DNA of 44,690 nucleotides from a virus: UHGV virus genome UHGV-0128395; one strand, 5' to 3'. Shown piece by piece: positions 41,877 to 44,690 of this stretch (position 1 is its first letter; each line of letters starts with the position of its first letter). The notes under the pieces were generated by a model. It saw only the letters and a program-made list of their open reading frames with translations, ran no database searches and was not told where the DNA came from. The position numbers and the translations under genes were made by a program.

Positions 41877-42632
41877 ATGAAGCTTCGCCTGTCGGCGCTT
41901 GCTCTGGGAACTACGCTTCTGGTGGGGTGTGCGAGTTCCGGTACAGATCAGCAAGGGCGTTCTGACCCGTTAGAAGGGTTTAACCGCACTATGTACAACT
42001 TCAACTTCAATGTATTAGACCCGTATATTGTTCGACCGGTCGCTGTCGCCTGGCGTGATTATGTTCCGCAACCTGCGCGTAACGGTTTGAGCAACTTTAC
42101 CGGCAACCTTGAAGAACCTGCGGTGATGGTTAACTACTTCTTGCAGGGCGACCCTTATCAGGGGATGGTCCACTTTACCCGCTTTTTCCTGAATACCATT
42201 TTGGGAATGGGCGGCTTTATTGATGTTGCAGGGATGGCGAACCCGAAACTGCAACGGACTGAACCTCACCGCTTCGGTAGTACGCTTGGTCATTATGGTG
42301 TGGGTTATGGGCCGTACGTTCAGTTACCGTTCTACGGTAGCTTCACGCTGCGTGATGACGGTGGTGATATGGCGGATAGTCTTTACCCGGTTCTTTCCTG
42401 GCTGACCTGGCCGATGTCTGTGGGTAAATGGACGCTTGAAGGGATAGAAACTCGTGCGCAGTTGTTGGATTCCGACGGTCTGCTGCGTCAGTCCTCCGAT
42501 CCTTATATTATGGTGCGTGAAGCGTACTTCCAGCGTCATGATTTCATCGCTAATGGCGGTGAACTCAAACCGCAGGAAAATCCGAACGCGCAAGCGATTC
42601 AGGATGATTTAAAAGATATCGATTCTGAATAA
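41877..42632 (+). CDS. mlaA: MlaA (VacJ) outer-membrane lipoprotein
   Basis: MKLRLSALALGTTLLVGCASS lipobox; 251 aa. Confidence 0.9.
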   Translation: MKLRLSALALGTTLLVGCASSGTDQQGRSDPLEGFNRTMYNFNFNVLDPYIVRPVAVAWRDYVPQPARNGLSNFTGNLEEPAVMVNYFLQGDPYQGMVHFTRFFLNTILGMGGFIDVAGMANPKLQRTEPHRFGSTLGHYGVGYGPYVQLPFYGSFTLRDDGGDMADSLYPVLSWLTWPMSVGKWTLEGIETRAQLLDSDGLLRQSSDPYIMVREAYFQRHDFIANGGELKPQENPNAQAIQDDLKDIDSE

Positions 42633-42641
42633 GAAACAAAC

Positions 42642-42673
42642 AAAAAAGGTGAGTCGTAAAACTCACCTTTTTT
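42642..42673. terminator. Bidirectional terminator between mlaA and fadL
   Basis: A6-GGTGAGT-N6-ACTCACC-T6. Confidence 0.6.
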
Positions 42674-42693
42674 CTTATTAAGCTAACGCGTTA

Positions 42694-44040
42694 TCAGAAC
42701 GCGTAGTTAAAGTTAGTACCGAACAGCCAGGCTTTACCTTCAGACTCGAAGGAATAAGCTGCCGCTCCTTCACCTTCGGTGAATTTCACTTTCTGACCAT
42801 GCATATAAGATGCGCCAACATCAATGGATGCATCTTCATTAAATGCGTAGGTTAACCCAGCACTTAACCACAAACGATCCTGGTCAGGAATGGAAATAGA
42901 ACGTTTATCTGCCGGAACCGGGCTGTCGTCATAAGCGATACCGGTACGGAAGGTCCAGTTTTTATCATAATAGTAGGTTGTACCCAACGCGATACGATAC
43001 GCGTCCCGGAATCCTTCATCTTTATAGAACAGAGTCTGACCACTATCGCCTTTCGCTTTCAATTCCTGGAACTGGCTCCAACTGGTATAGGCCATGCTGT
43101 AGTGAATTGCCCACTGCGGCGCAACACGGTTATAACCAGAAATCTCCCACATCTCAGGCAGGTTCAGCGTTAAGGATCCATTTTGGGTTGCCCCCATCGT
43201 GCCATACGGTAAGCCCATGTTACCCAAAATATTGTTCAGATTTGGGTTAATGGAGCTTTTGTAATCCCCATCGAAGTCGATTTTAACTTCTGAACGATAT
43301 GTCAGCCCCCAACGGTTATCTTTATCCAGTTCATAAAGAATACCCGCGTTCCAGCCAAAGCCCCATTCGTCACCTTTCAAATGAGCAATTTGAGAGTCCG
43401 GAGTATTAATACCATTGGTTAATGAAGCGGGTACACCCTGGGCAATCAACTGTTGAGACAACAATGGCCCCAGCGAACCGGCGTAACGCTCAATTTTTGC
43501 CTTGGCATAAACTGCATCAAAACCAAGACCAAAACTCCAGCTATTGTTAAGGCGATAAGCCCCGCTAAGGTTAAGGTTGATTGTTTGCAGATCGGTTTTA
43601 CCGCCATAGATACCAGCAGCGTAGTTGTCGGTAAATTCCGTAGCCAGGCCATAGTTGGAAGTTATTGACGCTCCCCAACCAAACTGATCGTTAATAGGCG
43701 CAACAAAGTGCAGGTTAGGTACCCACGCTGTCGGTGCGATATTTTTAGCATTTGCACTCTGACCGGTTAAATCAGAATGTCCGGTAATATCTACATCCGG
43801 ATCAATATAAACCGCACCCGCAGAAAATGTCGGGCGGTCAAACATGGTAATCAATGCGGGGTTACGGCTAACGTTACCTGCATCATCGGCAATTGCACCT
43901 TCCCCTGAATAAGCCCGGCCCAGGCCAGAGGAAGAAAATTCGTTTAACTGAAAGCCTGCCGACCAGGCCTGGGTGGAGATAAGTGCCACTGCGACTGCGA
44001 GAGCAGACTTTGTAAACAGGGTTTTCTGGCTCATGACCAT
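42694..44040 (-). CDS. fadL: Long-chain fatty acid outer-membrane transporter FadL
   Basis: Signal peptide ...[34 protein letters not shown]...; start may be ATG 44034. Confidence 0.9.
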   Translation of the reverse strand: MVMSQKTLFTKSALAVAVALISTQAWSAGFQLNEFSSSGLGRAYSGEGAIADDAGNVSRNPALITMFDRPTFSAGAVYIDPDVDITGHSDLTGQSANAKNIAPTAWVPNLHFVAPINDQFGWGASITSNYGLATEFTDNYAAGIYGGKTDLQTINLNLSGAYRLNNSWSFGLGFDAVYAKAKIERYAGSLGPLLSQQLIAQGVPASLTNGINTPDSQIAHLKGDEWGFGWNAGILYELDKDNRWGLTYRSEVKIDFDGDYKSSINPNLNNILGNMGLPYGTMGATQNGSLTLNLPEMWEISGYNRVAPQWAIHYSMAYTSWSQFQELKAKGDSGQTLFYKDEGFRDAYRIALGTTYYYDKNWTFRTGIAYDDSPVPADKRSISIPDQDRLWLSAGLTYAFNEDASIDVGASYMHGQKVKFTEGEGAAAYSFESEGKAWLFGTNFNYAF

Positions 44041-44121
44041 AACCTCAATGATTTATTTTTATACAAACTATGTTACGTGCTGTAACAGGAGCGCGAAGTG
44101 TAGGGTCTGAGGTACATCTTA

Positions 44122-44160
44122 GAAATCAGACCAGTGGCGAGAGTATAGGTCGGACCAGCT
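44122..44160. promoter_or_regulatory. Two FadR-box-like sites upstream of fadL
   Basis: Minus-strand AGCTGGTCCGACCTATA and CACTGGTCTGATTT resemble FadR consensus. Confidence 0.45.
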
Positions 44161-44405
44161 GGAATGTTGCAAGTATGTTTCTATCTTTTTTCAGATATGA
44201 TCTAAGAAACGCGATCCAGCTGGCAAAATTGGGAGGTGGCGCACTCATGGATTCGGGTGAATTTTGTTTTAGATCATTTTTAAGTGTGATTTCGGTCACT
44301 TATCCGATTTTGCAGAATTAACAACTGGAGCAGCACTTTCCGGAAGCGTAAAATATCCACAACGTTTATCTGGCACCTTGGGTGCACATACAGAGGAAAT
44401 CAACG

Positions 44406-44690
44406 ATGAGTAAATGTAGTGCTGATGAAACCCCGGTTTGCTGCTGTATGGATGTTGGCACCATTATGGACAACTCCGACTGCACCGCGTCTTACAGCCG
44501 TGTGTTTGCAAACCGCGCAGAAGCAGAACAAACGCTGGCGGCGCTGACTGAAAAAGCCCGTAGCGTGGAATCCGAACCGTGCAAAATCACCCCGACTTTC
44601 ACTGAAGAGTCTGACGGTGTGCGCCTGGATATCGATTTCACTTTTGCCTGCGAAGCTGAAATGCTGATCTTCCAGCTGGGTCTGCGTTAA
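44406..44690 (+). CDS. yfcZ: YfcZ family protein (94 aa)
   Basis: MSKCSADETPVCCCMDVGTIMDNSD...; stop codon is last 3 nt of window. Confidence 0.8.
   Translation: MSKCSADETPVCCCMDVGTIMDNSDCTASYSRVFANRAEAEQTLAALTEKARSVESEPCKITPTFTEESDGVRLDIDFTFACEAEMLIFQLGLR

Overview
Window is an E. coli chromosomal segment carrying a complete ~40 kb P22-family (CUS-3-like, K1-capsule-specific) lambdoid prophage inserted into the 3' end of tRNA-Arg(CCU) argW. The prophage is bounded by a 22-bp direct repeat (431-452 and 40494-40515); downstream chromosomal genes are yfdC, mlaA, fadL and yfcZ (40.6-44.7 kb). Prophage order, left to right: attL, torI-like excisionase, a minus-strand early-left block of small hypothetical genes with RecT and a lambda-type N antiterminator, a C2-like repressor/cro/cII immunity region, replication (O-like, DnaB-like), nin region (ninB, Dam methylase, ninE, ninX, ninF-like, rusA, ylcG-like), Q antiterminator, an oppositely oriented porin moron, S21-type pinholin/SAR-endolysin/Rz/Rz1 lysis cassette, two accessory genes, terminase, portal, scaffold, coat, P22-type gp4/10/26/14/7/20/16 virion genes, an immI-like accessory island with orphan Mnt, an endosialidase tailspike, phase-variable neuO, intS, attR/argW. 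Most notable: neuO carries 13 AAGACTC heptads and is therefore out of frame (phase OFF); two paralogous signal-peptide proteins sit at two different moron sites; an ImmA-like HExxH protein and a CxxCxxCC protein occupy accessory positions. CDS coordinates include the stop codon. The supplied ORF track accepts ATG/GTG/TTG starts, so many track ORFs carry N-terminal extensions; I re-assigned starts where an internal ATG/GTG with an RBS or start/stop overlap was visible. All homology statements are from recalled protein families and sequences, not from database searches.
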